DNA of 64,000 bases from the human T2T-CHM13v2.0 reference genome, Homo sapiens, in assembly GCF_009914755.1 (NCBI RefSeq), contig NC_060931.1; one strand, written 5' to 3'. Every line of letters starts with the position of its first letter. Position 1 is the first letter of the stretch. This document shows positions 41,450 through 60,960 of this stretch, piece after piece. Made by a program: the position numbers and the translations under genes. Under the pieces are notes generated by a model. That model saw only the letters and a list, made by a program, of their open reading frames with translations. It was not told the DNA's origin and made no database searches.

Positions 41450-42076
41450 TGAGGTGAACCCGGTACCTCAGATGGAAATGCAGAAATCACCCGTCTTCTG
41501 CGTTGCTCACGCTGGGAGCTGTAGACCGGAGCTGTTCCTATTCGGCCATCTTGGCTCCACTATCCTATCTTTCTCATCCCCTGCAAGGCAGGCTTCTCAA
41601 AAAAGATACCTGCAGTTAATTTCTCCGTTTTCTCTTCCCTGGGTCATTCTCAGCCTGTTGCAGTCTGGTTTCTTTTCCCATATTATATACCGAAATGAGT
41701 CTTGTCAGGGTCAATGATGATCTCTGTAAATTTTATAAAAATTTATTTTGTAATAATGTAGACACATGTTCATAGTGTAAAACTCAGGCTACAGAATGGA
41801 AAACAGCCAAAAGTAAGTCTCCCTATTACGTTATCTTGACCAGCCCTGCCCCACTTGGGGCTGACTTCTGGTAACCACTTTCTTGTGCCTCTGACCTCCT
41901 TATCTGAAGGCCCCTGTGGCTCACCCTGTGGCTTGCTCTAATTCTTAGGATCTTTTAAGTTCTAAAGAAACAATAGAAGCTTTGCATTAATATTAAGCTT
42001 ATACACCCTGGTCCAGGAGCAGTTCCATCAGTCATCAGTGATCTCTTCTGTCCTTTTTGATGGCTTTTCCTCTTAA

Positions 42077-43909
<1,833 letters not shown>

Positions 43910-44719
43910 TGATATACTTTTAATGTACATAATTGTATTTTATATCATTTATATCTCATTCTCCATTTTTCTGTATGTTAAAGATATATAGTTAATCTGC
44001 TACACAGCAGCCCAGAATGTGCATCCATTTAGTCCTAACAAAAGGCCTAGGAGCAAGATGCTATTATTACCCATTTTGTAGATGAGGAAAATGAGCAATA
44101 AGTCAATTGCTGTAAGTCACAGGGGGTTAAGGAGCATCACAGAGATCTAAGCCCTGATGTTTTTGACCCATGAATGCCTTTGTTCTTGCCTATATCCAGC
44201 TAATCCCATCCATCCAGTTCAAATGTCCTTTGTACTGCACAAACAGTTTTCTCAAGAGTCCTCTCTCGGGAAGTCATACCTCCCTCTTATGAATTTCCAT
44301 TGTGCTTTATGTATCTTTTCTTTCGTTACCTTCCCCTCCTGCTTTGACTGTAGCTGTCGGGGTGCCTCGCTCATCTTAGCATCCCCATGGCATCTGACTT
44401 GATGCCTCATGCATAGCTTATCTTCACTAATTATCAGTTGACTAAATGATAGGATGATTCAGAGACTGTTAAGTAATCTTCTAATGCAATCCAGAGCTTG
44501 GGAGGGTCAGTGAAAGTGTAGAGGAAGGAAATCATATGACAGAAATTTTCAAGCAAAACTAGTTGTGGCCCAGAGGCTGGCTGGAGGGAGAAAGACAGAA
44601 GAAGGACCATCGGCCACAGTCGGGCTTTGATCCCAGGATGTTTGTTGAATGCAGGAATGACTCCAAGCATTTAAAGCTGGGGGCTGCCAGGATTCCTAGA
44701 GCTACTGGCTTTTGCCCAG

Positions 44720-45330
44720 AAGTTCAGAGTACAACCTGTCAGGAAGGGTGGATAATTGGAGTTTAGCACACAGCGTGAAGATCCAGGGCGCGGTGGGAAA
44801 GCCAGGTTGAAATGCCTTGGGAATGCGGCTTGGAAGAGAGGATGGCCCACAGCTCAGGATGCTAGGGTCTTTGGCATAGAGGTGGTCATGGAAACCCTGA
44901 GAATGAGGGACCCCCATATTCTGGGGACATGGGAGAGAGAGAAAAATAGAGGGATGAAGACTGAGCTTTGGGAAATATGCACATCTTGGGTAAAATGAAG
45001 AAAGAAAGTGAAATGTGAAAAGAAAACCTCGGTAGCATGAGGTAAGAGAAGAAAGGAAGGAGTGAGTTTGAAGAAGGTCCAGGTAAGGGTCACTCATGTC
45101 TGAAGTCCAGGAGGATGTGGCTGAGAAGAAGCCCTTGAATGTGATGAGAAGGTCTTGGATGACCCACGGTGAAGCAGGGAGGTATGGGAGTGAAAACCAA
45201 TTGCAGCAGGGCCAGGAGGGGTGAGAGGAGTCTGGGGCACTTGGGGTCATTGGACAGGGCAGGGGCAGGGGCAGCAGAGGACTCTGAGCACTGTAGAGGG
45301 AGCTCCAGGAAGGGAAGCGGGAGTGAGCCA
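44720..45330 (-). mobile_element. L2 remnant
   Basis: Purine-rich L2-like motifs (ggcatagaggtggtcatggaaacc; ctgagaagaagcccttgaatgtg). Confidence 0.55.
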
Positions 45331-46813
45331 AGGCGCTATACACTGCAGAATTCTCACCTTCCTAGAGCAGCCCTCTGATATTTATGTCTGTTTTCAGTGG
45401 TGGTTTATATTTTAGATAGTGAATACATTTGTGTGATTCTAAACTTTAAAGAGGAAAAAAAGAAAAAAAAATATTTTCTATGAGAAGCCTTCTTCCCTCC
45501 TATCCCTGTTTCCCAGCCACTCTGTTTTTCTTGCTCCCAGCAAGAGCATGTCGCCAGTTTCAGTGTTACAGGTTTCTGGGCTGTCCTTTCAAAGAGATTC
45601 TAAACATAGACAGTATCTTTTTCCTTTGGCTACCACCCCTCCTGTTACTACACAGACTGTAGCACACAGTGCACACTAGGCTGTCGTTTGCTTCTTTCAC
45701 CCGATCATCTATCTTGGAGACCAGTCCCTTTCAATATATAAAGGGCTTCCTCGTTCTTTTATTTTTATATTGCCATGTAATACTCTATATCACGAGCCTA
45801 TCATAACTTTCATAGCCAGCCTGTTATTAATGACATATAGATTATTTCCATCTTTTGCTTGTTATAAGCAAGGCTGCAGTAAGCCTAAGTCACTTGACTT
45901 GTGTAGCTCTATAGGACACATTATCTTACAGTTGGATTTACCAGAACAAAGGGCATTTGCATTTTAATTTGTAATAAATATTTCCAAGTTGCTCTCCATA
46001 AAGCAGGTTCTTCTCTCCCTCCTGCAACATATGAACATACCTGTTTCCCCAGGCCAACCAATGTGTTATCAAACTTTTTTTTAATTCTTGCAAATAGTGG
46101 ATGAAAACGACTAGTTTGTTCTGTCCAACTGCCTGGACTCTCCTTCCACCTTTTCAGCACCTGCCCTCATGCCTCACCTTGAAGTTTTTCTACAGTGATT
46201 TTACATTTTCTTCTACCCTCTTTATCTCAAAAAAAATTTTTTTTCTAAGTTGGCAGAGCACATTCCTAACTATGAACTCCATTTTTGCATCTGGAGTGCC
46301 AAACACCAGCTTCTCTGAGTCCAAGGGTGGGGGCGCAAGCTCACTCTGTGACTGTGATTTGGACCTAAGTGAGTTTTTTAGTCACTTTGCTGTGCTTATG
46401 TGTCCTTTTCTGCTGTCTCAAAACTGCTCCTGTTCTTTGTTCCTTAAATACCACCTCTATAGGGCTATTTGTAGTGGCATTTTCCCAAAGGTTCAGGATA
46501 GCAGAGCACAGCAGACAACTGAAAATGGAACTGTGGATGTCCTGGTTTCTGGAAGTCCATTGCTCCCTCCTCCACTGGGCGTTTCTCACTGGCTTCCTTC
46601 TCTGCAGATTTTAGCCTTTTGCTAACCTGCGTGCACTTTCCCCTTTCCTCTGCCTCCTACTGGTTCCTAGCCCCAAAGTTTTAGCTGCTACTACAGAGTG
46701 GTCTAGCCATCTCTGATTTGCAGTTTCCCTTCAGAACGCACCTTCAAGATCCCTCATGTAAAATGAAGAGGCTCACGTTAAAAGGCCTAACAAGTAATTT
46801 TTCTCAAAAATAA

Positions 46814-47177
<364 letters not shown>

Positions 47178-48039
47178 TTTCACCCATATCTTGTCCCTGT
47201 GTGTCAGTTTTGCAAGGCAGTAATATCGAAACCAAATCCTAAAGCAGTTTATAATTTAGCCTGACACACTGTGCAAGCCAGGTTTTGTATGCAAGTTTGT
47301 GTGTATCATTAACTAATGAAATCTTAAAAAGCAGTTTGGCTTATTTATAGATAATGGAGCTGTTTCTTAACCTTGTGCCTTTTTTTTAAGCTGGTAGAAG
47401 CATATCCTGGTTATTATCTGGAATGTAGTAATACGGTAACCTTAAGAATGCCATAAATATTTAACCTAATAAGGGGATTGCTAGTCTTCTTTTCTTGATT
47501 GAAAGGGAAACAAATATTAATATTTGATCATTAATATGTGTTTTGGCTGTACAGATTTCTCCAGAGGCTGTCTTACTGCTTTTTGGTAATTAGAAATTAC
47601 CAAAAAAAAAAAAAAAGAAAAGAAAACAAGACTAGTAACCCAAAAAGGACTTACTTGGTGAAATTGTCAATTGTCAGTTGGGCACTGTGGCCACTCCTTC
47701 CTATACTCTTCCCTGACTTCCAGAAGAGAAGCCAGGAACTAGGTCTCCCAGAGTCCCCTTTTATATGTGAAGTCCACTCCCAGGACTCCCAGGAAACTTG
47801 CAAGGCTGAAGAAAGAGAGGCAGTTAGTCATAGGAGACAGTTCAGTCAGATGTGTGAGCCAAGGCCAGTGTATGGTTTAGCAGCAGTGGACAGTCAGGCT
47901 CTGTGAATCACTCTTCCCAAGCTGCAGGCTGACAGAGGCTGAGATCCTTTCCAGACGTCTTGGCTTCTGGGCAAGTTCTGGAGAATCTCTCGCTTCAATA
48001 TTGAATTGTATAACAACAGTACAAGGTCTAGGAGAAAAG

Positions 48040-49025
48040 AAATGGAAGTGTACTGTTGTCAGGTTCTTTATAGTATATGTGGAATAGTGCATAATATTAC
48101 TTTAAAGTAGACTGTGGTAAGTAAAATATATAATATAAAATCCTTAACTTCTGAAAAAGAGTTATAGCTAATAGCCAACAAATGGGATAAAATGGAATCA
48201 TAATAAATATTCTAATTAATCCAAAATAAGGCAGGAAAAGAGGGGAAAAAGAACAGATTGAACAAATAGCAGGATTTCTATAGAATTTGAATGGAAACCC
48301 AACCATATCAATAATCACAATGTAAATTGTCTAAACGTTTCAACTAAAAGGCAGAGATTGTTAGACTGAGTAAAAAAAAGCAAGACCTAACTATATGCTG
48401 CCTATAAGAAACTAACTATAGCTATGAAAACACATATAGATTAAATGTGAAAGGTTGGGGAAAAAATGTATTATGCAACACTGATCAACAGAAATTGGGA
48501 ATGGATTGTTAATATCAGACAAAATAAATTATAGGGCAAAAAATATTACCAGGAATAAAAATGGTCATTTTAGAAAGATAAAGGGGTCAATTAAAAAAAA
48601 GGACATAACCATCCTAAACTTGTATGTATCTAATAACAGAGTTTTGAAATATGTGGGTCAAAACTGATAGAACTGAAAGGAGAAATACACAGTTATATAC
48701 AATTATATTCAGAGATTTCTCTACCCTCAATAATTGCTAGAGCAAGGAGACAGAAAATCAGGAAGGATACGAAGACCTGAACAACACAATCAACCAACTT
48801 GATCTAACAGACTTATAGAACACTCCACCCAACAATAGCAGAATACACATTCTTTTCAAGTGTGCCCAGAACATTAACCAAGGTAGACCACATCCCGTAT
48901 CATAAAATATCTCAATAAATCTAAAAGGATTCAAATCATTTAAAGAATGTTCTCTGACCACAGTGGGATTAAATGAGAAATCAATAATAGAAAAACATTT
49001 GGCAAATCCCCAAACATTTGGAAGA
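48040..49025 (+). mobile_element. Old L1M fragment (inter-ORF and ORF2 endonuclease region)
   Basis: aactaaaaggcagagattg...aagacctaactatatgctgcctataagaaact...gaagacctgaacaacacaatcaaccaacttgatctaacagac. Confidence 0.8.
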
Positions 49026-49179
49026 AATCCTGGAAGGAGAAGACAAGAGCAGTGGGCACAGGAAGAGGGGCAGAGTCAGTGGGAAGTGGTGACAACTGGG
49101 TACAGAGGTGAAGAAAAGGGGCAAATCTGAGATGACATTCATGTTTCTATGCTCAGAGGCATCCAAGAAGTGAGTTTAA

Positions 49180-49489
<310 letters not shown>

Positions 49490-50172
49490 TGCATGGAGAT
49501 AAATTTTATCAGTTTTTATTATACTGAGTTGCTGTATAACTTAAAAGTCAGTTTGATTTTTCACTGTAATACTGTTCACATACAGCCTCCAGCAGTGCAC
49601 TTAAATAATATTTAAGATACTGCAGTATCTTAAATGTGGAACTCAGAAGGCTGTAGTGAAGAGTCAAAGCCTCTGGATCCCACGCTGAGTAAGGTGACCA
49701 ATCATGGTTTGCCCATTTGCCTCCTCTGCCAGCATCTGATGAAGAAGCTGTGCCCTCTGAATGACTCCCAGTAGTATCAGATTCATGTGTCCACTGGAGG
49801 AGGGACCCAGGGAGGGCAGAAGTACCAGGCCATGGGCTGGGTCTGGGTTAATGGGGAAAGCTCCCTCATTATTGGAGATGGGGCAGTAGAAGTGGAGAGC
49901 CAAATTGGGGGAACACTTTCTGTGGGTACTCGGAAGGTTTTCAACCTAAAGACATGGTGGAGCACCTTCAAGAACAGGTTTTGGCGGGACTGACTTCTCT
50001 CCAAGCCCCCATTTCGGGGACTGTCTCATCCCATCCTGATGCTGTGGCTTCCTGTGTGTTTTGGGCTGGCTTCCATCTTGCTCATCGGGACCCTGCCAGC
50101 TCCTTTGTTTTGTAGTTTTCTGCTCGATGCCTACAGTGTTTTCAGACTCCACCTTGGTCCCTTGTGTTTCAG

Positions 50173-50294
50173 CCCGAGAGGAAGTTTGGCGTGGTGGTGG
50201 TTGGTGTTGGCCGAGCCGGCTCCGTGCGGATGAGGGACTTGCGGAATCCACACCCTTCCTCAGCGTTCCTGAACCTGATTGGCTTCGTGTCGAG
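50173..50294 (+). CDS. BLVRA: BLVRA exon 3 (122 nt; P5-R45), containing the Rossmann GxGxxG motif
   Basis: tgtgtttcag|CCC; [40 protein letters not shown](R); donor GAG|GTGGCT. Confidence 0.97.
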
Positions 50295-50871
50295 GTGGCT
50301 CACAATGTCTTTGTGCTTCATAATTCATGGAAAGCCCAGTGAGGCGGATTAGCTGCAGGACATGGAGATTTTCCAGACCCAGGGCAGGGAGAGCCATCTC
50401 CCAACTGAGAACTGTGCTTAGGGTCAGCCCCATAAGATCTTAGGTTGGGATGGGTCTGGGAACTGAAGCTTGCTGGGCCTGCAGCTGGGATGCACAGTAG
50501 GTTGGCCTGGGAGACTGGAAGACAGAGGCAGGAGGGTGAGCTCAAGGCTGACAGTTAGAGAAGGGGCACAGAAAACACATGCATGGGGCTTTGGCCTGAA
50601 AGGCTTTCGGTGTGCACCGGGGAATCCTGACATAGTCATCATGACAGCCATCCTAGGTGGTCCTGGGCTCTACATGTGATATTTCCTTCTGCGTAGTGTT
50701 ATTAACCCCCCAGTTTACAGATAAGGAGGCTGAACCACAGAAAGGTTAAGTAATCTGCCTGAGGTCACACAGCTGGAAAGTCTAAGAACTGAAGTTGAGC
50801 AGAAGTCTGTTTCCAAAGCCCATCTTTTAAACACCATGTGTTCTTTTGCCATTGGTAATTTTGAGCCTCAC

Positions 50872-51207
50872 TTTTATTATTATTATTATTTTTTTTGAGA
50901 CAGAGTCTCACTCTGTCACCCAAGCTGCAGCGCAATGGTGCAATCACAGCGCACTGCAGCCTTGACCGTCTGGGCTCAAGTGATCCTCCCGCCTCACAGC
51001 TCAAGTGGTCCTCCTGCCTCAGCCTTCTGAGTAGCTGGGACTACAGACACACACACCACCACGCCTGGATAATTTTTTTTTTTTTTTTGTAGAGACAGGG
51101 TCTCCCTATGTTGCCTAGACTGGTCTCAAACTCCTGGGGTCAAGTGATCCTCCTGCCTCGGCCTCCCAAAGTGCTGAGATTATAGGCGTGAGCCAGTGCA
51201 CCCAGCC
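50872..51207 (-). mobile_element. AluJ, preceded by a MIR at ~50700-50860
   Basis: Alu consensus; MIR motif tttacagataaggaggctga...gtaatctgcctgaggtcacacagct. Confidence 0.8.
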
Positions 51208-51331
51208 TCCCCCTTTTCTTTAAGGATTCATTTATCTCCAGTCAAAATCAAACTTATCACCTTGTTTCTTCTTCCCCCATGCTCAAATTTTCCACTCACC
51301 CCTGTACACACACACACACACACGCACCACT

Positions 51332-51447
51332 CACCAGACTAATCCTGTATAACATCATTTGTCAATATTAATTGTGAACTAGATACAGGCACCAGACTAA
51401 TCCTGTGTAACATCATTTATCCATATTAATTTTGGACTAGGTGCAGG
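51332..51447. repeat. 58-bp tandem duplication (2 diverged copies)
   Basis: caccagactaatcctgtRtaacatcattt... begins at 51332 and again at 51390. Confidence 0.9.
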
Positions 51448-52142
51448 CACTGGGCTGGGCCTGAAGACATGGTAGTGAGCAAGTTAGGCAACTCTTTTTC
51501 TAGTGCTTTAGAGACATCAGATAAATATTTACACAAAGCATAAGTAACAATTGTGATAGTCTATGTAGAAATTTTTTCATGTTTTCATTCATGGGGCCAT
51601 CCTCTTCCGGCCTGTCTCAAAACATGGCCCCACTTTTAAGGATTTAAAATGGGCTTGGAAGCACCAGGGAGACCCAGAAGTGCTAGAATCTGCCCTTGGG
51701 CCAGCCTTCTCCTCCCCATAAGATTCCAAGGGAGCTGCACACAAATGGGAGAGCAAAGTTAAGATCAGGCAGCACCGTAACCCCCATCGCACCCCTATCT
51801 GGAGCTGGACCACACACAGCACTTGGGCGCAAGGCTGAAATGGGACCTTTCCTTTTCCCTTAAGCCCCAGTCCTCTGCCAGTTGGCTTCCAGGGTCAGCT
51901 CAGTGGGAACACCTACACTACCCAGGTTGTATGGGAGGATGGCCAGGTCACACCCCTGCATGACAGCCCTGCCAGTACTCACACTGTTTCCCTCTTCACA
52001 TACCCTTCCCTTCCTGACCTACCTGCTAAGTTCTACCTCCTCCCCAGGAAGCTTTTCTGGTGTATTCCTTTCCCACCCTGAGTCTCCATCTCCTACTTCC
52101 AAGCACCACATTTCTCCTGGTAGTCTTGTGGTAGTGGTATGT

Positions 52143-52144
<2 letters not shown>

Positions 52145-52176
<32 letters not shown>
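52145..52176. repeat. (GT)16 microsatellite
   Basis: Direct reading; an imperfect (CA)n also lies at ~52699-52745. Confidence 0.95.
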
Positions 52177-52177
<1 letters not shown>

Positions 52178-52861
52178 TTCCTCTAGCTGACTGAGCTCAT
52201 TGAAAGGCGATGATTTTAATTTGTTCTCCATGATTTCTCCTACAGCGCCTACTACATAATAGGCAAACAATAAGTATTGCTGAAATTGAGCAATTTAGTT
52301 TGGGTGGCCCCATTAAAGAAACCTAGCATAATACTCTTTGGGAGCTAAATTTTCCTGAATGCTTTCTGCCTGCTGCAGCTCAGCTGGAGCTCTGAGCGGG
52401 CTGAGGGCCTTCTGCTTGCTAGCTGTCCCACATTCCCCCATGACTGCCACCCTTAGAGGGCTACTCTCCTGCCCCAGCCGCTGCACTGGGAGGTGTACGG
52501 ACTGCTGGGGCTTTGGCTCTTCGAAGACTGCAGCTCCCCCATGCTCTAGAAGAGTCAGAAGGCCTTGGGTTCCCCTCCTGCTTCTGCTCCTGGTTAGTCA
52601 AGGCTATCACTGCCTATTATGTGCTAGGCATTATAGGAGAAATCATGGAGAACGAATTCCTCACCTTCCAATGAGCTCAGTCGGCCAGAGGGAGGAAGAC
52701 ACACACACACACACAAACACACACACAGACACACACACACACAAACATGTGTGCGTACATACTACTGGGCTTCGTTAGCTTAGCTATAAAGTAGCTCGAA
52801 GTCGCATGCCAGTTTGCACCCTAAATGTGTTAACGTATTGGATTTGGATTAGGTTTGGTAG

Positions 52862-53263
<402 letters not shown>

Positions 53264-53520
53264 TGAAGTAATTCAAGACTCTCCCAGGTCATACACGCTG
53301 TGAATGGTACTGTTGGCACTCAATGCCAGATCCCCTGACTTGAACTCTGAGGCTATTTTTCTCACTCCACAATGGAAAATAGCCTGGAAGTGGGAGAGAA
53401 GAAACTCATTTCTTCATTTCTGGCAGCAGATCACCAGGACCTGTCGGGAGGAGGGGAGAAGGATGGTGCTCCTTTCTTCTGTCTACCATTGAGTTCCATT
53501 TCTCTGTTACTCTGAAATAG

Positions 53521-53640
53521 AAGGGAGCTCGGGAGCATTGATGGAGTCCAGCAGATTTCTCTGGAGGATGCTCTTTCCAGCCAAGAGGTGGAGGTCGCCT
53601 ATATCTGCAGTGAGAGCTCCAGCCATGAGGACTACATCAG
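53521..53640 (+). CDS. BLVRA: BLVRA exon 4 (120 nt, phase 2-2)
   Basis: aaatag|A AGG GAG...; [39 protein letters not shown](R); donor CAG|GTGGGT. Confidence 0.97.
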
Positions 53641-53654
53641 GTGGGTTTTCCACA

Positions 53655-54090
53655 CAGGCAGTCCTTGCCTTACACAGCAGTGCAGTACTGCAAAAATGAG
53701 CAAGCAAGCTAAAACACCCTGCAAAGGAGTCAGAAGAGCCAGTGAGAAAATTACAATTGCTCTGTGACCAATCACAGAAGTGTCAAAACATTAAGAAATT
53801 CTTATTGCTGGTTATAAATATATAAGGAAGTGAAAAATAGTAAAATTAATATTTAGTATGTGTAATTTGAAACATTAGAAACATTCAGAATTAAAGTGTT
53901 TTATTTCTCTGTAAAAACCCATCGAGAGTAGTTTTCAACAGTAGTGGCCTCCTTCTTCTCACCAGACAGTTTAGGATGTGGAGCCGGCATCCTTGGCAAA
54001 TTATCATACTCCCTTCTCAGTTTGGATCAGCTTCCAACGTTTTCTCCTTTGTGCTTTCAATGTCATAAAATAACGGTTGAGTTCCTTTAA
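53655..54090. mobile_element. Tigger6-like TcMar DNA transposon fragment
   Basis: Begins CAGGCAGTCCT; ...aaacattagaaacattcagaattaaagtgttttatttc matches the Tigger6 consensus as recalled. Confidence 0.65.
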
Positions 54091-54269
54091 CCCTCAGGAC
54101 CTGGCAGCTAACAGGGAAGTGCCAGCTGCCTTCCTCAGTCTAGCTTCCTTCTAGGTTCTTACAGCTGCTCCCACCATGCTGTTTCCCACGGGTAAGATGC
54201 TTCCTCTTTATCAGTCTAGCTCTAGAGTAGACAAAAACACCTCTCCTTAGCTTTCCTTAACCTTTTCTG

Positions 54270-54755
54270 GCACCAGAGTGTATTTCCTTAAGAAAAGTGA
54301 TTCTGACATAAGTCCCATGCTTATAAATATTTGTACTCTGGTATCCACAGAATGAAATCTGAACTGCTGAGCACAGAATTGTAGGTCCTTCACAGTCAGG
54401 CCCCCAGCTACTTTTCCAACGTTATTATCCTCCACGGCCTGTAGTCCACTCCCCTGCCACACTGAAGTTTGCCGATTGAACAAAGCCCCACAAATGCCCA
54501 AGCCCCTGCATACGCTGCTCACAGTGAAATATACTCACATGTTGCACCTGGAAAATGTCTGCTCATACTTTGAGACCCAGTTCATAGGTCCTTAGTGAAA
54601 TCTTTTCAGACTGCCTCAGGCAAAGCTAGCCGCTGTGGGTTTTGTAGCCTTTATAGCTACCATGTGGTGATAGGAAATTTATTTGTTAATGTGTCTTTAT
54701 TTCTCCTCCACAGTAATTGGTAAATAGTACTTAGTTGAATAAATGAATGGTTGAA
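54270..54755 (+). mobile_element. L2 3' remnant
   Basis: Ends ...gtaaatagtacttagttgaataaatgaatg. Confidence 0.55.
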
Positions 54756-54986
54756 TGTTCAAATTAACACATAACCAGAAAGTTGATCTGTCACAGGATA
54801 GTAGAAAACAATGTGGGATACAGTTCTTCCTCCATATCCCGTGGCACTGACTCCTACCCCCAGTCATGACACATTCACACACAGAAACTCTCATGCCTTT
54901 ATAACATTCTGTTCTCTATTATGCAGAGCATTTCAGTGAAGCTTATTCGAAGTGTTCTTTCTCTGTATTTGTCTCGTTTACCAAAG

Positions 54987-55084
54987 GCAGTTCCTTAATG
55001 CTGGCAAGCACGTCCTTGTGGAATACCCCATGACACTGTCATTGGCGGCCGCTCAGGAACTGTGGGAGCTGGCTGAGCAGAAAG
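54987..55084 (+). CDS. BLVRA: BLVRA exon 5 (98 nt)
   Basis: ccaaag|G CAG TTC...; [32 protein letters not shown](G), including the Gfo/Idh/Moc[11 protein letters not shown] motif; donor AAG|GTAATG. Confidence 0.97.
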
Positions 55085-55777
55085 GTAATGTATCTTACCA
55101 AGAGTTTCTGCCTCCAGGATTTCTGTGATATCATCTTTATGCCTTTAAAACTTAACCCCATTTCAGATATCTCCTCCTCCTGGCTACACTGGCACTGTGG
55201 GCTCCCAACTGCCTCCTCACCCCCACACTGTAAACACAGATAGTGGAGGGCAGAAGGATGGGTGGGAATTTGCAAACTTTTGGTCAAAGCTTATCAGCTT
55301 ATTTTACTCACTCTAAGGAAAAAATATGAATTAGTTTTCACCTATGCTTATGTCATGATATTATTTTGGCTTTATTCATGTGATACTTATATTGCTAAAT
55401 GCTGGGATATCCTAAAAATGCTCAAATCAGAGAAACTGATTGTCTTATTTGCATAGTTTGTAGTTTTTGTTGTTTCTAAACAGGAATAACCATTTATTAA
55501 ATATTTAGTATATGCTAGGAACTTGGAAACTCTGCTAAGCACTTCATATGTTATTTTGCTTAATTCTTCTAGAATCCCTTGGAGGTATATATTTTCTCTA
55601 GATGCTGTATAGAAAAATATGGCTCAAAGAAGTTAATTTGTGCCAGGTCACAAAGCTAATAACATGACTACTAAGTGGGAGGTAGAGATTTTAATCAAAT
55701 CCTACAGGGCTCTTAAGTTCACATTTGTTCCCCTAAGCCATACCACCCTCCAGAAGGGAGAAATTAAGACTTTCCCA

Positions 55778-59265
<3,488 letters not shown>

Positions 59266-59269
59266 CCAC

Positions 59270-59363
59270 AGCCACCGTCAGTAACCACCAGCATCAGTCA
59301 GCAGCCATCAACATGGAAGCAAGACCTTCCTTCAGCAAAAAGATGGAGGATCAGATGGTAGCA

Positions 59364-59394
<31 letters not shown>

Positions 59395-59863
59395 AAGACA
59401 GTCTCGCCCTGTTACCTAGGCTTGAACGCAGTGGCGCAAACCTCCGCCTCCTGGGTTCAAGTGATTCTTGTGCCTCAGCCACCTGAGTAACTGGGATTAT
59501 AGGTGCACACCACCACACACAGCTAATTTTTGTATTTTTAGCAGAGATGGGGTTTCGCCATGTTGGCCAGGCTGGTCTTGAACTTCTGGCCTCAAGTGAT
59601 CCGCCTGCCTGAGCCTCCCAAAGTGCTGGAATTACAGGCATGGGCCAACATGCCCAGCTCAATAACGTATTTTTAAATTAAGGTACGTACGTTGTTTTCC
59701 TAAACATAGTGTTATCACATACTTAACAAACTACAATATAGTATAAACATAACTTGTGTATGAACCGGGAAACTAAAATATTCATGTGACTCCCTTTATT
59801 GCAATATTCACTTTATTGTGGTGGTCTGGAATGAAACCTGCAGGATCTCTGAGGTATGCATGT
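59270..59863 (+). mobile_element. Tigger1 3' end interrupted by an Alu (59365-59658, minus)
   Basis: atcagtcagcagccatcaacatggaagcaagacc ... actttattgtggtggtctggaa...tctctgaggtatgcatg|ta terminal repeat. Confidence 0.8.
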
Positions 59864-59869
59864 AACCGC

Positions 59870-60960
<1,091 letters not shown>

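Noticed and set aside
44702-45343. 213-aa Ser/Pro/Leu-rich minus-strand ORF
   Set aside because: Coincides with a decayed L2 remnant; the composition reflects the pyrimidine-rich strand.
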